Source of the DNA: an uncultured virus (IMG/VR IMGVR_UViG_3300043395_001987)
Lineage: Duplodnaviria; Heunggongvirae; Uroviricota; Caudoviricetes
Virus record (IMG/VR): IMGVR_UViG_3300043395_001987
Span: 1 to 64,000 of that record
Strand: one strand, 5' to 3'
DNA: 64,000 nt
The notes under the pieces were generated by a model that ran no database searches, was not told the origin of the DNA, and saw only the letters and a program-made list of their open reading frames with translations. The translations under genes were made by a program, and so were the position numbers. Below are positions 53,513-63,385 of this stretch, piece after piece (within the stretch, counting starts at the first letter, position 1; each line of letters opens with the position of its first letter).

Positions 53513-54986
53513 ATGATGTCTGACATGCGCGTAGATACTGTGGATTGTATTTTTGAATGTCGTTTGCTGTTGATGCAGCTAGTTGCCAGCCTTGCATTAT
53601 AGGTTTTGATCCAAGAGGAGAGAAATTTTCGCCCATCATAGTAGCATTCATTCCTAACATAAAGGGGATAGCATTATCAGATCTTCTCATTTCTATTGTT
53701 GAAGTAACAGGAACATTTAAATTACTACAAAGATTAGTAGCCATTTGAGATACTTGTTGACCGTAATAAGTAGAAGATGGAGGCATTTCTGGTGAACCCG
53801 TAATCATTCTTGATACCATGGATGTAATAGGGATTGAACCACCCATCGAAGCAAAGTTTTGCATACCAAAACTTACCACCCCAGTACCACCTTGATTTGT
53901 ACCAAATGCACCAACTCTTCTACAAAATACTTGATCAATGGCAGGCAGAGAAACAGGAGCTTCACCAAAGAAACTTTTACCAGCATATGAAGGTGGGGTA
54001 AGCATTGGGTTATTTGCTCTGGTTGATGTAGCTATTCTATTGCCCGTAATAACTTCTGACATCATACCGCCAATAGCAAGTCCTCCTCCCTTACCTAATA
54101 ATGATGCCATGGCAATACCACCAAGAGAACCAAGTGATGCTAATGATCCACCAAGTGGTGTTTGATTAAGAAGACTTGCAATTGCTGAGGCTCCGGCAAG
54201 TGTTGCCAATCCTTGAGTTGCAACTGCAGGATTAGTTACAGATGCAAGTTGTACTGCACTTAATGTTCCTGCAGCTAATCCTGCATAAGTGTTAACAGCA
54301 TTTGTAATAGATGATTGTGAAAGATCGGAAGAAGCTCTTAGATAATTAGTACCAGGATTTTGATTATTATTAAAAGCTGTTCCTATGATAGATGAACCAA
54401 TTACACCCAATGATATACCGAGAGCTGCTGCAGATAAAGTATCACCTGAACTACTTCTTGAAGGATCATCATATTGGCGCATTGATTCATATTGATTAGA
54501 ATATCTTTGATCAACAGAATATACAGCTTGACTCAAATAACCAATATTAGAAATAGAATGAATTTGTACTACACCTAAAATATTACGGATGTATCTTTGA
54601 TTTGCTAATTCAGGAATGTTTACAGTATTTGCAATATATGTTAGCTGTTCTATATTAGAAACAGAGGCTAATATATAAAAAAATTTTTCTAAGGCATCAT
54701 AAGGAATGACACCATAAGATGACAATTCTTTTGATTTGGATTCTATAGCTTCAATTTCTTTTTCAGTAAGTTTATAATTCTTATCAGTTCTTACATAGTC
54801 CGCTGGTGCTGGTCCATATGATTTTAAAATAGAAGCCGGACCTGCCATAGCAGCACCTATAGCAACAGCGTTATTAAATTGTTCATTAGAAGGTTTTAAT
54901 TCTTGACTACCATAAAACCCTGGTTGTTGAATTACACCTCTTTGAATTAAAGCAGTAATATCTGGGGAAATATTGTAATTAGGCAA
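53508..54986 (-). CDS. Hypothetical Ala/Gly/Ser-rich protein with hydrophobic segments
   Basis: 492 aa ORF between gp5C and gp25. No family recognised. Confidence 0.6.
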   Translation of the reverse strand: MPNYNISPDITALIQRGVIQQPGFYGSQELKPSNEQFNNAVAIGAAMAGPASILKSYGPAPADYVRTDKNYKLTEKEIEAIESKSKELSSYGVIPYDALEKFFYILASVSNIEQLTYIANTVNIPELANQRYIRNILGVVQIHSISNIGYLSQAVYSVDQRYSNQYESMRQYDDPSRSSSGDTLSAAALGISLGVIGSSIIGTAFNNNQNPGTNYLRASSDLSQSSITNAVNTYAGLAAGTLSAVQLASVTNPAVATQGLATLAGASAIASLLNQTPLGGSLASLGSLGGIAMASLLGKGGGLAIGGMMSEVITGNRIATSTRANNPMLTPPSYAGKSFFGEAPVSLPAIDQVFCRRVGAFGTNQGGTGVVSFGMQNFASMGGSIPITSMVSRMITGSPEMPPSSTYYGQQVSQMATNLCSNLNVPVTSTIEMRRSDNAIPFMLGMNATMMGENFSPLGSKPIMQGWQLAASTANDIQKYNPQYLRACQTSL

Positions 54987-56760
54987 CTCTACCCTCCAAT
55001 GCTGCTACTGCATATGATAATTTAATTCCTGCAATTGCTGATTGACAATGTGGATCAGCACATGTTAATACACTACCTCCACCTTGTTGACCAGGTTGAG
55101 CAGATTCAACATGACAATGAATACCACCTTGATCATTTTTTTCAAGAAGTATTTTACTATAAGGAAGAAAATCTCTCACGTAAGCTGCCATCTCAGCCGT
55201 AAATCCATAATCAGGTTTATTGGAACATCTAATATCTACCGCACCACCTTTGATATGATTAGATGAGTTATCTCTATACCAAGAGGAGATATACATACGA
55301 CCCCCAAATTTTTCGTATAAAGGATCTAATATGTTCCAAGCAACATTCATTGCTTCTTTGAGTATTTGTTGATGTTGTGCGGCTGGAGCACTTCTGATGT
55401 TTATAATTTGTCCTACAGTGATATGCTTTGATATCTTCTGTGATGAATTGTATATTGAGGTAGGAATAGGTAAAGGATTTTTCTCTGCTGTTCCATTATT
55501 ACTTGATACACCAGCTGGTCTATCATATATGCCTGTTGCAATAGCTTCAGCTGTAATGCCTGAATCTTTAGCCTGATAAGTGACACCAGATCCTTTGTTG
55601 CCTGCAGCATAAGCTTCTGCCTGAGGATTTGGTCTACCGCCTTCATTTTTATAAAGAGAAAATTCTTCAGCTGACATACCCGCAGCATTCTTTGGAAAAT
55701 CAGGAGCCAATCTTACTGAAGTAATTGAATCTATAATAGTGTTAGTTGTAGGATACTGTGCAAGTTGTGCTGCATTTATATTAGCATCATCAACAGAAGG
55801 TGATCCACCTGTTTGAATATCCGTAGTTGATCCTTTGATATTAACTTTTGCAGATGCTAATAAATCTATAGTTGATGAAGAATGAATAGAAGCAGCACTT
55901 GTTGATGAAATTTTTGTTGTGCCGTTTGCTCTTACAGATAAGTCAGCTTCTGTAGCAATTCCTATATCATCCTTTGCGTCAATTTCAATTTTTTCTTTAG
56001 CATAGATACCTACATTTTTCTGTGCGTTCACTTCTACGGTCTTATCAGATCTAACAGTAATTTCTTTTCCTGCATCTACTTCAAGTGATTGAGGTGTTTG
56101 TATTCTCATTTTACCAGCAGATGTAATTCTATAATCACCTGCAATCATTGTACTAGAATCTTTAGCTACTTCAATTATCTTACTGCCGTTTTGAATTACT
56201 TCTTCAATTGATCCATCGTGAACTGTAGTAACCATATCACCACCAACTGATATGTTCAAACTACCTCCGACATTGATATCTAAATCCCCAACCGTTTCAA
56301 TTGTAATTTTACCATCACCTTTCAATATCATATGACCTTTTGCAAACATAGTCATATCACCTTTTGGTGCAACTATGCCAACACCCTTTGATCCGGAAGA
56401 TATCATATGAATAGAACCATCAGCGTCAATCATAATAGTTGCACCTGAATGATGTTGCAATGTAATAGTATCAGAACCAAATGTGTTATCAATTACAACT
56501 TTGTTTCCTGTAGCAGAAACAAATCCTTGAACATCAGTTGAATCACCAATGCCTCCCATAACACCTGCACCAGGTCCTGTATGAGTTATGGTATTATCAG
56601 AAGCAGAACCGGGTTTATCTTTTACTGATACTTCATAATAAGGTGCTGGATTACCAGATCCAATTATTTGTGGTCCTTCATTTCTCCCTACGCCATCACT
56701 TTCAATATTGGTGACGGCTTTTACTAATTCAGGATCTGATGCAAATTTATCAATTGACAT
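54979..56760 (-). CDS. gp5 C-terminal spike (beta-helix) fused to a Peptidase M15-like domain
   Basis: G....ID.T.G...I...H.SG....I..DG followed by gp5-like beta repeats. C-terminal SSWYR...SNH..G.AVDI...HCH. Start moved to MSIDK at 56760. Confidence 0.75.
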   Translation of the reverse strand: MSIDKFASDPELVKAVTNIESDGVGRNEGPQIIGSGNPAPYYEVSVKDKPGSASDNTITHTGPGAGVMGGIGDSTDVQGFVSATGNKVVIDNTFGSDTITLQHHSGATIMIDADGSIHMISSGSKGVGIVAPKGDMTMFAKGHMILKGDGKITIETVGDLDINVGGSLNISVGGDMVTTVHDGSIEEVIQNGSKIIEVAKDSSTMIAGDYRITSAGKMRIQTPQSLEVDAGKEITVRSDKTVEVNAQKNVGIYAKEKIEIDAKDDIGIATEADLSVRANGTTKISSTSAASIHSSSTIDLLASAKVNIKGSTTDIQTGGSPSVDDANINAAQLAQYPTTNTIIDSITSVRLAPDFPKNAAGMSAEEFSLYKNEGGRPNPQAEAYAAGNKGSGVTYQAKDSGITAEAIATGIYDRPAGVSSNNGTAEKNPLPIPTSIYNSSQKISKHITVGQIINIRSAPAAQHQQILKEAMNVAWNILDPLYEKFGGRMYISSWYRDNSSNHIKGGAVDIRCSNKPDYGFTAEMAAYVRDFLPYSKILLEKNDQGGIHCHVESAQPGQQGGGSVLTCADPHCQSAIAGIKLSYAVAALEGRVA

Positions 56761-56762
56761 TG

Positions 56763-57143
56763 TTATCCACAATAATTGTTATACAAAGTGTTTAAATTAT
56801 GTTCTAATTTATTATGATCTGCAGTAATTGTTGCATTATCAGTAAACATAGATAGATCTTTCATAATTTTATATAGTGTAATTTTTTGCTGCTCAGTAAG
56901 ATAATAATTAGAGTGTAAAACGTTTAATTTGCTATTGACGAATTTATTCAACCCACCAATAATACATACAGTTGCATTCTTTTCACTAGCTTGTGATCCC
57001 TGATAAACCGATCCATCTACATCAATTATAAATGTAAAGTTACTATAGTCATTTAAATTTACATTCTCACCTCTTGTAGTATTAGAAAAGGTGAAATTTA
57101 AATTTGTACTGTAGGATACTGCAGTTGGGGCAACTCTATTCAT
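56763..57143 (-). CDS. Degenerate T7-lysozyme/Amidase_2-like protein
   Basis: FIIDVDGSVYQG, VCIIGG, LTEQQ..TL, ADH align with the T7 lysozyme motifs, but most catalytic residues are missing. Confidence 0.55.
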   Translation of the reverse strand: MNRVAPTAVSYSTNLNFTFSNTTRGENVNLNDYSNFTFIIDVDGSVYQGSQASEKNATVCIIGGLNKFVNSKLNVLHSNYYLTEQQKITLYKIMKDLSMFTDNATITADHNKLEHNLNTLYNNYCG

Positions 57144-58096
57144 ACAAAATTACCTGTATAAGAAAATGATGAGAGGGCAGCTCTTGCCTTTACAAGTTTT
57201 TTCTGGTAGAAAGGTGATTCTCTATCAACTGCCCATACTTTATTACTTATTTGTTTATAAGAGTCATCTCTTTCATAACAAATAATAGCTGCAGTAGCAT
57301 CCTGAATAGTAGTTGCTACTAACAATTTTTTATATGCTTCTCTTTCAGAAACATGAAATTCATGCCATACATAATCTAATTGTTGTTCTAGAGGTGGCAA
57401 ATTAGGAGGTTTCACAAGACCTGATATACCACAAAATTTAAGCATTGGAGTTGCTCTGTCATATTTGCCGGTTCTCCATTGTGCTATACCAATTGAAATT
57501 TCACCTTCATCATTTGGATTATATGCTTGTGGATTTATATTATCTGATGCGGATTCAATTTGAAAATTACCTACTATGGCTGCACACATGAGTTTGATGT
57601 CACCCGAAGCTGAACCTTCTTTAGATATTTTTTCCCAGAAATAATTATAAACTTTTTGAGCATTACTTCCACCTGTTAATTGTGTTGTGGGTGTAGTATT
57701 GGTGTCAGTAGGAATATTATTTCCTGGACTACTCACTTCTCTAGAATCATTTCGGGTGCCGCTGCCAGCTGGTGAATTATTAATCGAACCAGGTCCACCA
57801 TTTATTACACCCATAACAATAGGTTGTTGACTATCTTCTCCGTCAACAAACATCCCAAATACCCAAGTGCCAACCTTTAAGCCATGGCTCACATTACCAC
57901 TTGATGTTTGTCCACCCGTTGTAGGATATAAAACCATCGCCCAAGGTAATATATCATTAGGTACTCTCAAAGTATCTTCTATGTGATGAATACCAAATAT
58001 TCTTACACGCACACGAGATCTATCATCGGCAATGTCTTGAACAACACCAATGAACCATCTAAATCTATCTCCGTAAAAATCGTCGTTTAATATCAT
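57140..58096 (-). CDS. gp5: gp5 N-terminal OB domain fused to a phage tail lysozyme domain
   Basis: F.WF.GVV.D......RVRVR.FG.H, LPWA...P, G.WV.G.F.DG...Q.P...G; then AAIVGNF..ES...NP......GIAQW..R...L..QL.(Y/F). Confidence 0.85.
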   Translation of the reverse strand: MILNDDFYGDRFRWFIGVVQDIADDRSRVRVRIFGIHHIEDTLRVPNDILPWAMVLYPTTGGQTSSGNVSHGLKVGTWVFGMFVDGEDSQQPIVMGVINGGPGSINNSPAGSGTRNDSREVSSPGNNIPTDTNTTPTTQLTGGSNAQKVYNYFWEKISKEGSASGDIKLMCAAIVGNFQIESASDNINPQAYNPNDEGEISIGIAQWRTGKYDRATPMLKFCGISGLVKPPNLPPLEQQLDYVWHEFHVSEREAYKKLLVATTIQDATAAIICYERDDSYKQISNKVWAVDRESPFYQKKLVKARAALSSFSYTGNFV

Positions 58097-59499
58097 GCGT
58101 GACCGTATTTTACTACTGGTGAAGAGATTGAAGAATTATATTCAGACTCTTCTAATAACTGATTAAGATAACCATCTTTGTAAATTCTAATTGATGTAGC
58201 AGCTTTATCCCCTGCTGAGAATACTGTTTTAATTTCAGAAATAATAAACATACCTGAAATATAAATGTCGGTTAAAACATTATTAAACCCATGCATTTCA
58301 GGAATGTCACAGTATATTATATCTCCTGCTTTTAAATTTATATTTGCTGGTACTGTAGCTGATAAATCAATTTGATTTAAAGCGTGATTATATTTTACAG
58401 TATTACCAAATTTCAATCTATAGCCAGGTTGTGTCTTTCCAATATCATCATTAAAATTATCATAATTATTTACAATATATCTGATTCTATTTGTATATTC
58501 AGATTTTGCATTTTCATTTTTAACATAATCAATATATTTTTGAGTATTCAAAGGATATTTTTCAAGTGTGAAAGGTTTGTCTTTTGTTCCTGTATGTTCA
58601 GTAACTTTACTATTGTAGGCTTTTTGTAACATACTAATTTCAAATAGTTCGTTCTGATAATATCCACTAGCAATTTTTTCAATAGATGAAAATCTTTTAT
58701 TATTAATTAAATTAGTAATAATTCTTAAATCTTGATCCGGATCACCAGTAGGTGAAGCATTATTTAATTCAATATCTGAAATATAGACATATTTTTTCTG
58801 TCTTAAAGATTCTCTTTTCTTTAATGCTTCTTCAATTAATTTTTGAATAGTTATAAAATTAAACTTTTCAGTATCTTCGTAAAAAAGATAAGTAAAATGA
58901 TTATCAGGATCAGCTGATACAGCATGTTTGGCTAACCATTTAATACCCTGAAATGGTCTCAAATTTGGAACTATAAGTGTTCTAACTTTACTTGATGTTT
59001 CTTTAACAAATGGTTTGCCAATATTATATAATGCTTTTGTATCTTCTGCAAGATATTCATCGAATAATTTTTCAGCAGCGTCCTCTACTTTTTCATTATA
59101 ACCATGTGAAACATATTTTCTAACATTTTGAAGATAGTACGGACTGATTAATTCAACAACATACATTAAAGATCTTGCTTTGTCACCTAATACGATATTT
59201 CTTACACCTTTAATAATAAATTTATATTCTTTTACTGTCTTAGCAGGACCTATAGCTGATGCAAGATTTGTGTTATATTCATAAGATATTGTAATTAATT
59301 CTTCACCAGTAAAAGGATAATTGACAAATAATCCTATCTGGTCATTTATAAGCATCTCTGCTTTAATTGATGATTCAAAAATAGATTGGTATACTGACAC
59401 TTCCACAAATTGAGGAAGCAAACTCATTTTATCTGTTTTATTAAATTTTTCAATTGTTATAGCAACAATTTTAATATCAAGTGGATTAAAATTAGCCAT
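58093..59499 (-). CDS. Baseplate hub / tail protein (gp27-equivalent position)
   Basis: Y.SIF......I.D..GL...P..GEE, IPN..P...I.WL, (Y/F).FYE....F.F, G....L.AGD.I, .SG...I..I. Start moved to MANF at 59499. Confidence 0.65.
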   Translation of the reverse strand: MANFNPLDIKIVAITIEKFNKTDKMSLLPQFVEVSVYQSIFESSIKAEMLINDQIGLFVNYPFTGEELITISYEYNTNLASAIGPAKTVKEYKFIIKGVRNIVLGDKARSLMYVVELISPYYLQNVRKYVSHGYNEKVEDAAEKLFDEYLAEDTKALYNIGKPFVKETSSKVRTLIVPNLRPFQGIKWLAKHAVSADPDNHFTYLFYEDTEKFNFITIQKLIEEALKKRESLRQKKYVYISDIELNNASPTGDPDQDLRIITNLINNKRFSSIEKIASGYYQNELFEISMLQKAYNSKVTEHTGTKDKPFTLEKYPLNTQKYIDYVKNENAKSEYTNRIRYIVNNYDNFNDDIGKTQPGYRLKFGNTVKYNHALNQIDLSATVPANINLKAGDIIYCDIPEMHGFNNVLTDIYISGMFIISEIKTVFSAGDKAATSIRIYKDGYLNQLLEESEYNSSISSPVVKYGHA

Positions 59500-60052
59500 T
59501 AAATAGATCTTTAATTTGCTGTTTAAAATCACTTATATAATTTGGTCTTAACAATTTTATATCTCTCTTCAATTCATTTAATTCATATTCATATTCCCAG
59601 ATTGATACAGGTTCCCATCCTGGAGGATTACCAAGTTTAGAATATGTTAATGGAGTCATTTTATAATTGTAAGAATTTATTGTTGCTTGATCGTCTGAAT
59701 TTAAACCTTTATAGTAATAGTAAGCAATAGTATCAGATGATAATGTAGAATTTAATCTTGAGGCAGTAGTATTATATTTTGTTTCCATATAATCTTTAAA
59801 TGAATTGTCATCCATCAACCAATCTTTATAAGGATCAACTATTTTATTCGTAAGATAAATGACCCAATCAAGAGTTGGATCATTATATTCTTGATAGGCG
59901 ATAGCATCTGCACGCTCATTACCTTTTATTGTATAAGAATAAAATTTATTATAATCATTTAAATATTGTGTTACGATTTCAGGTTCAACTAATATGTTGA
60001 TACCTTGATTGCTATTATATTGGAGTCTAGGATAATAATCGAATATTGACAT
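59492..60052 (-). CDS. gp53: Baseplate wedge protein gp53
   Basis: Y.I...ERAD.IA...Y.DP.LDWVI.L.N.I.DP..DW, YE.E.NE.KR.IKLL.P. Confidence 0.88.
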   Translation of the reverse strand: MSIFDYYPRLQYNSNQGINILVEPEIVTQYLNDYNKFYSYTIKGNERADAIAYQEYNDPTLDWVIYLTNKIVDPYKDWLMDDNSFKDYMETKYNTTASRLNSTLSSDTIAYYYYKGLNSDDQATINSYNYKMTPLTYSKLGNPPGWEPVSIWEYEYELNELKRDIKLLRPNYISDFKQQIKDLFNG

Positions 60053-60054
60053 TT

Positions 60055-60849
60055 TTACGTATTATCTCTCTTGTAGTGAGAACCTGCGGTTGCCGTTGTT
60101 CCGTCAAAATTATCTCTTGTTTGAATATTGATTTCTTGGAATGACATAGCAATCTCAACTGATATAGGTTGTCCGTCTTTATAAAAAGCAGGAGTACCAG
60201 TACCAGCACCATTAATATCCAATCTAGTAATAAATGAATCGTTTACATTTGGCATTATTGAATAAGGAAGACCTATAAAATCAACTGTTGCAAGATAAGG
60301 ATACTCCAATGCATATCCGCCAGGGATAATTTTTGGATGCATATATGTTTTTACATGGTCAATAATTCTGTTTAACGATCTTGCTTCATCAGAAGATTTA
60401 GGAGCCAGCTTCCACACAAACTGATAAGACTTAGGTCTTACACCTTCGAATATAGTTGTAAGATGTGGGTTGCGAACCTGACCACTTACGGATTGTGCAT
60501 ACTTACCTATAATAGTATCAGATATACCAGGAGCAATTGCTGCAGCTTGTAATGATATGTCTAAAATTTTACTTACTGACATATTGCCTGCTTTTGTTTG
60601 ATTTTCATATTCTTGCAATTGTGTTTTACCCGCCGATAGTAAGTCAGTTGGTGAATTGCCAAATAATTCAAAAGCAGGATTACTCACGTCCATGTTAAAT
60701 GAATCATGTAACCCTAAAGGTAAAGGTAAACGTATTGAAGAAGCCAGGGTTACAGTAGGTTGTGTTCCCGGTTTTCTTTCATATTTTCTTAAAGCCAGTC
60801 TAGTATAGAACTGGGGTTCTTGTAAAGGAAAAGCAAATATTTCAGCCAT
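60055..60849 (-). CDS. gp48: Baseplate tail-tube cap gp48
   Basis: I.LP.P..L.D, NPH....FEGV....(Y/F).F.W.L.PKS..EA, P......F.EI...TR. Confidence 0.85.
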   Translation of the reverse strand: MAEIFAFPLQEPQFYTRLALRKYERKPGTQPTVTLASSIRLPLPLGLHDSFNMDVSNPAFELFGNSPTDLLSAGKTQLQEYENQTKAGNMSVSKILDISLQAAAIAPGISDTIIGKYAQSVSGQVRNPHLTTIFEGVRPKSYQFVWKLAPKSSDEARSLNRIIDHVKTYMHPKIIPGGYALEYPYLATVDFIGLPYSIMPNVNDSFITRLDINGAGTGTPAFYKDGQPISVEIAMSFQEINIQTRDNFDGTTATAGSHYKRDNT

Positions 60850-60858
60850 TTTACTCCC

Positions 60859-60881
60859 TATAAATATTCTTATTATTTATC
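60859..60881. promoter_or_regulatory. Pair of opposed late promoters: TATAAATA (+, 60859-60866) and GATAAATA (-, 60874-60881)
   Basis: Both lie in the 44-bp gap between the divergent gp48 and gp4 genes. Confidence 0.7.
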
Positions 60882-60893
60882 GGTATTTTTGAA

Positions 60894-61337
60894 ATGGCAT
60901 ATAAAGGTAAATTTAAACCTAAGTTCCCTGAAAAATATAGAGGGGATCCTACCAACATTATCTATAGAAGTCTTTGGGAGATGAGGTTCATGAGATATTT
61001 GGACCACCACCCAAGTGTTATGCAATGGGCTTCAGAAGAAGTTATTATTCCTTATATAAGTCCTATTGATAAAAGAGTTCATAGATACTTTCCTGATTTT
61101 TGGGTAAAGATGAAGGCTGCAAATGGTGAAATAAATACTTTATTAATAGAAATTAAACCTTCTAAGCAAACTAAAATACCGATAAGACCTGAAAAATTAA
61201 CTCGCAAATTTATTAACGAAGCCCGTACATATAGTGTCAATATAGCTAAGTGGAAAGCTGCACAAGAATTTTGCGATGATAGAAAATGGCAATTTAAAGT
61301 ACTTACAGAAAAAGAATTAGGATTAGATAAAATTTAA
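60894..61337 (+). CDS. gp4: Head completion nuclease gp4
   Basis: YKGKF.P..P.KY.GDP.NI.YRS.WE, W.SEE..IPY.SP.D...HRYFPDF, EIKP..QT, N.AKW.AA...C. Confidence 0.93.
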   Translation: MAYKGKFKPKFPEKYRGDPTNIIYRSLWEMRFMRYLDHHPSVMQWASEEVIIPYISPIDKRVHRYFPDFWVKMKAANGEINTLLIEIKPSKQTKIPIRPEKLTRKFINEARTYSVNIAKWKAAQEFCDDRKWQFKVLTEKELGLDKI

Positions 61338-61942
61338 TGGGAATTTTTACTAACGTTCTTAAAGATGGTAGAACTTCTAGTTCATCTACTGGCATTTTAA
61401 GACCAGGGACAGTTGATGCTCGTGATTGGTTTAGAGATAAAGCCAGAGAAGTAAGATCAGTACAAGTGGATTCTATAATAAGAAAAAATCCTACTTACAC
61501 AAGAACTACTATTAGACCTGGATTCATGTATCTTTTTAATTATGATCCAAAGATGAAAGATGAACTTCCTTACTATGATAGATTTCCTTTAGTGTTTCCT
61601 TTTGAGGCAACACCTGATGGGTTCTTGGGAATGAATATGCATTACATTCCTCATATCTACAGAGCAAGATTGATGGATAATCTTTATGATCTAACCAATA
61701 ATGAAAGATATGATGAAACAACCAAGCTCAGAGCATCGTATTCTATGCTTAATTCAGCCGCCCGCTATAAATACTTTAAACCTTGTATTAAAAGATATCT
61801 ATACTCTCATGTGAGAAGCAGATTTCTTTTGATACCAGCAAATGAATGGGATATAGCTTTATTTTTACCACTTGAAAGATTTGCTAAATCAACAAAAAGT
61901 AAAGTATATAAAGATTCAAGGAATTATATAAATGGCCTTTAA
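61337..61942 (+). CDS. gp2: DNA end protector protein gp2
   Basis: G.MY.F.YDPK.K..LPYYD.FPL, GF.G.N.HY, PC.KRYL..HV.S, W..A..LP...F. Confidence 0.92.
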   Translation: MGIFTNVLKDGRTSSSSTGILRPGTVDARDWFRDKAREVRSVQVDSIIRKNPTYTRTTIRPGFMYLFNYDPKMKDELPYYDRFPLVFPFEATPDGFLGMNMHYIPHIYRARLMDNLYDLTNNERYDETTKLRASYSMLNSAARYKYFKPCIKRYLYSHVRSRFLLIPANEWDIALFLPLERFAKSTKSKVYKDSRNYINGL

Positions 61943-62669
61943 TATTAGAGACATGATGGGGGCAATGAATGCCTCCGGAGGTCTAACTAAAACTTCTAAA
62001 TTTTTTGTTGAGGTTTATCCTCCAAGAAGTTTAGCTGTTAATCCTAATCTTTTCTTTTTGTGCGAGGCTGCAACATTACCAGGGGTATCATGGCAAACTG
62101 ATGAAATAAGAATGTCTGGATATGGTAATCTAGAAAAACGTCCGTATACACCAATTTTTCAAGATGTCAATTTAACTTTTTATAATGATTCAAATAGTAA
62201 AGTGATGACATTCTTTCACAGATGGATGCAGACAATATTTAACTTTAATGCTTCTATCAATCCCAATTCAACAACTGCCGCAGGTCAACCCATTAATACC
62301 CTTAACTATCCTAATGAATATAGAGGTATTGTTGAAATAATTCATTATGATGATGCAGGCGAACAGGTAGTTAAATATACAATGCAAGATGCATATCCAA
62401 TTGCAATTGGTGATATTAATGTTGACTGGAATCAATCAGATCAGCTTGTAAGAATACCTGTAACATTTGCATATACTTATTGGTCTTCAGAAACACTTGA
62501 TCCAGGGTTAGCCTCTTATAAATCACAAGCTATTTTCAATGCTACTCAATCTACTGCCTCAAGAGTAGATATGGAAAACAAAATTATTTGGGAACTTCTC
62601 AACTTTACATCACCAGCCATAGTACAAAATAAAGTAAACATTCTAGCTGGTGTTTTATCATTTTTATAA
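61932..62669 (+). CDS. gp54: Baseplate tail-tube initiator gp54-like (tail tube fold)
   Basis: C....LPG, TFY.D, FF..W...I, Y...Y...I, .AYP..I.....W......VTF.Y..W. Confidence 0.7.
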   Translation: MAFNIRDMMGAMNASGGLTKTSKFFVEVYPPRSLAVNPNLFFLCEAATLPGVSWQTDEIRMSGYGNLEKRPYTPIFQDVNLTFYNDSNSKVMTFFHRWMQTIFNFNASINPNSTTAAGQPINTLNYPNEYRGIVEIIHYDDAGEQVVKYTMQDAYPIAIGDINVDWNQSDQLVRIPVTFAYTYWSSETLDPGLASYKSQAIFNATQSTASRVDMENKIIWELLNFTSPAIVQNKVNILAGVLSFL

Positions 62670-62686
62670 TATAAGGACTATTTGAA

Positions 62687-63385
62687 ATGGCACTACCTAA
62701 AATTAAACACCCAACATATAATGTTACTATACCTTCCAATAAACAGAAGGTTAACATTAGACCCTTTACTGTTCAAGAAGAAAAACTTCTTCTTATGGCA
62801 AGACAGTCAGAAAATGCTGAAGATTCCATCAATACAATTAAACAAATAATTACCAATTGTGTAATTGAAAGTATTGATGTTGATAAATTAGCTACATTTG
62901 ATATAGAATATTTGTTTGTCAAATTGAGAGCTAAATCAGTAGGTGAAATTGTTGAATTGGAATATAAAGATACTGAAACAAATGAATCAATAAAATTCAA
63001 AGTAAATCTTGATGATGTGGAAATTAAATACAATCCAAACCACACAAATAAATTCATTATAAGTGGTGAGGTTGGAGTATCTATGAGATATCCATCAATA
63101 AGCGAATTAAAACAAATAGAAAATGATATGATTGCAGATAAAACTATTACTGGAATCCTTAGTAAATGTATAGATAAAATTTTTGATAATGATAATGTCT
63201 ATACAGATTACACAGATTCAGAATTAGAAGAATTTATCAACAGTTTACCTGTTGAAGCTATGACGAAAATTAGAGAATTTTTTGAAACAATGCCTTCACT
63301 TGAATATACAACAAAGGTTAAAAATAAAGCTGGTAAAGAAATAGATGTTGAATTGCGAGGAATCAACAATTTTTTTACGTATTGA
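62687..63385 (+). CDS. gp26: Baseplate hub assembly chaperone gp26
   Basis: MALPKI..P.Y...IPS......RPF.V.EEK.LL.A, FDIEYLF..LRAKSVGE, M.YP, FF.TMP.L, G...FF. Confidence 0.9.
   Translation: MALPKIKHPTYNVTIPSNKQKVNIRPFTVQEEKLLLMARQSENAEDSINTIKQIITNCVIESIDVDKLATFDIEYLFVKLRAKSVGEIVELEYKDTETNESIKFKVNLDDVEIKYNPNHTNKFIISGEVGVSMRYPSISELKQIENDMIADKTITGILSKCIDKIFDNDNVYTDYTDSELEEFINSLPVEAMTKIREFFETMPSLEYTTKVKNKAGKEIDVELRGINNFFTY

Noticed and set aside
60894..61337. TnsA-like nuclease suggesting a transposon
   Set aside because: Motifs and position next to gp2 identify it as the T4 head completion protein gp4. No transposon ends or transposase are present.
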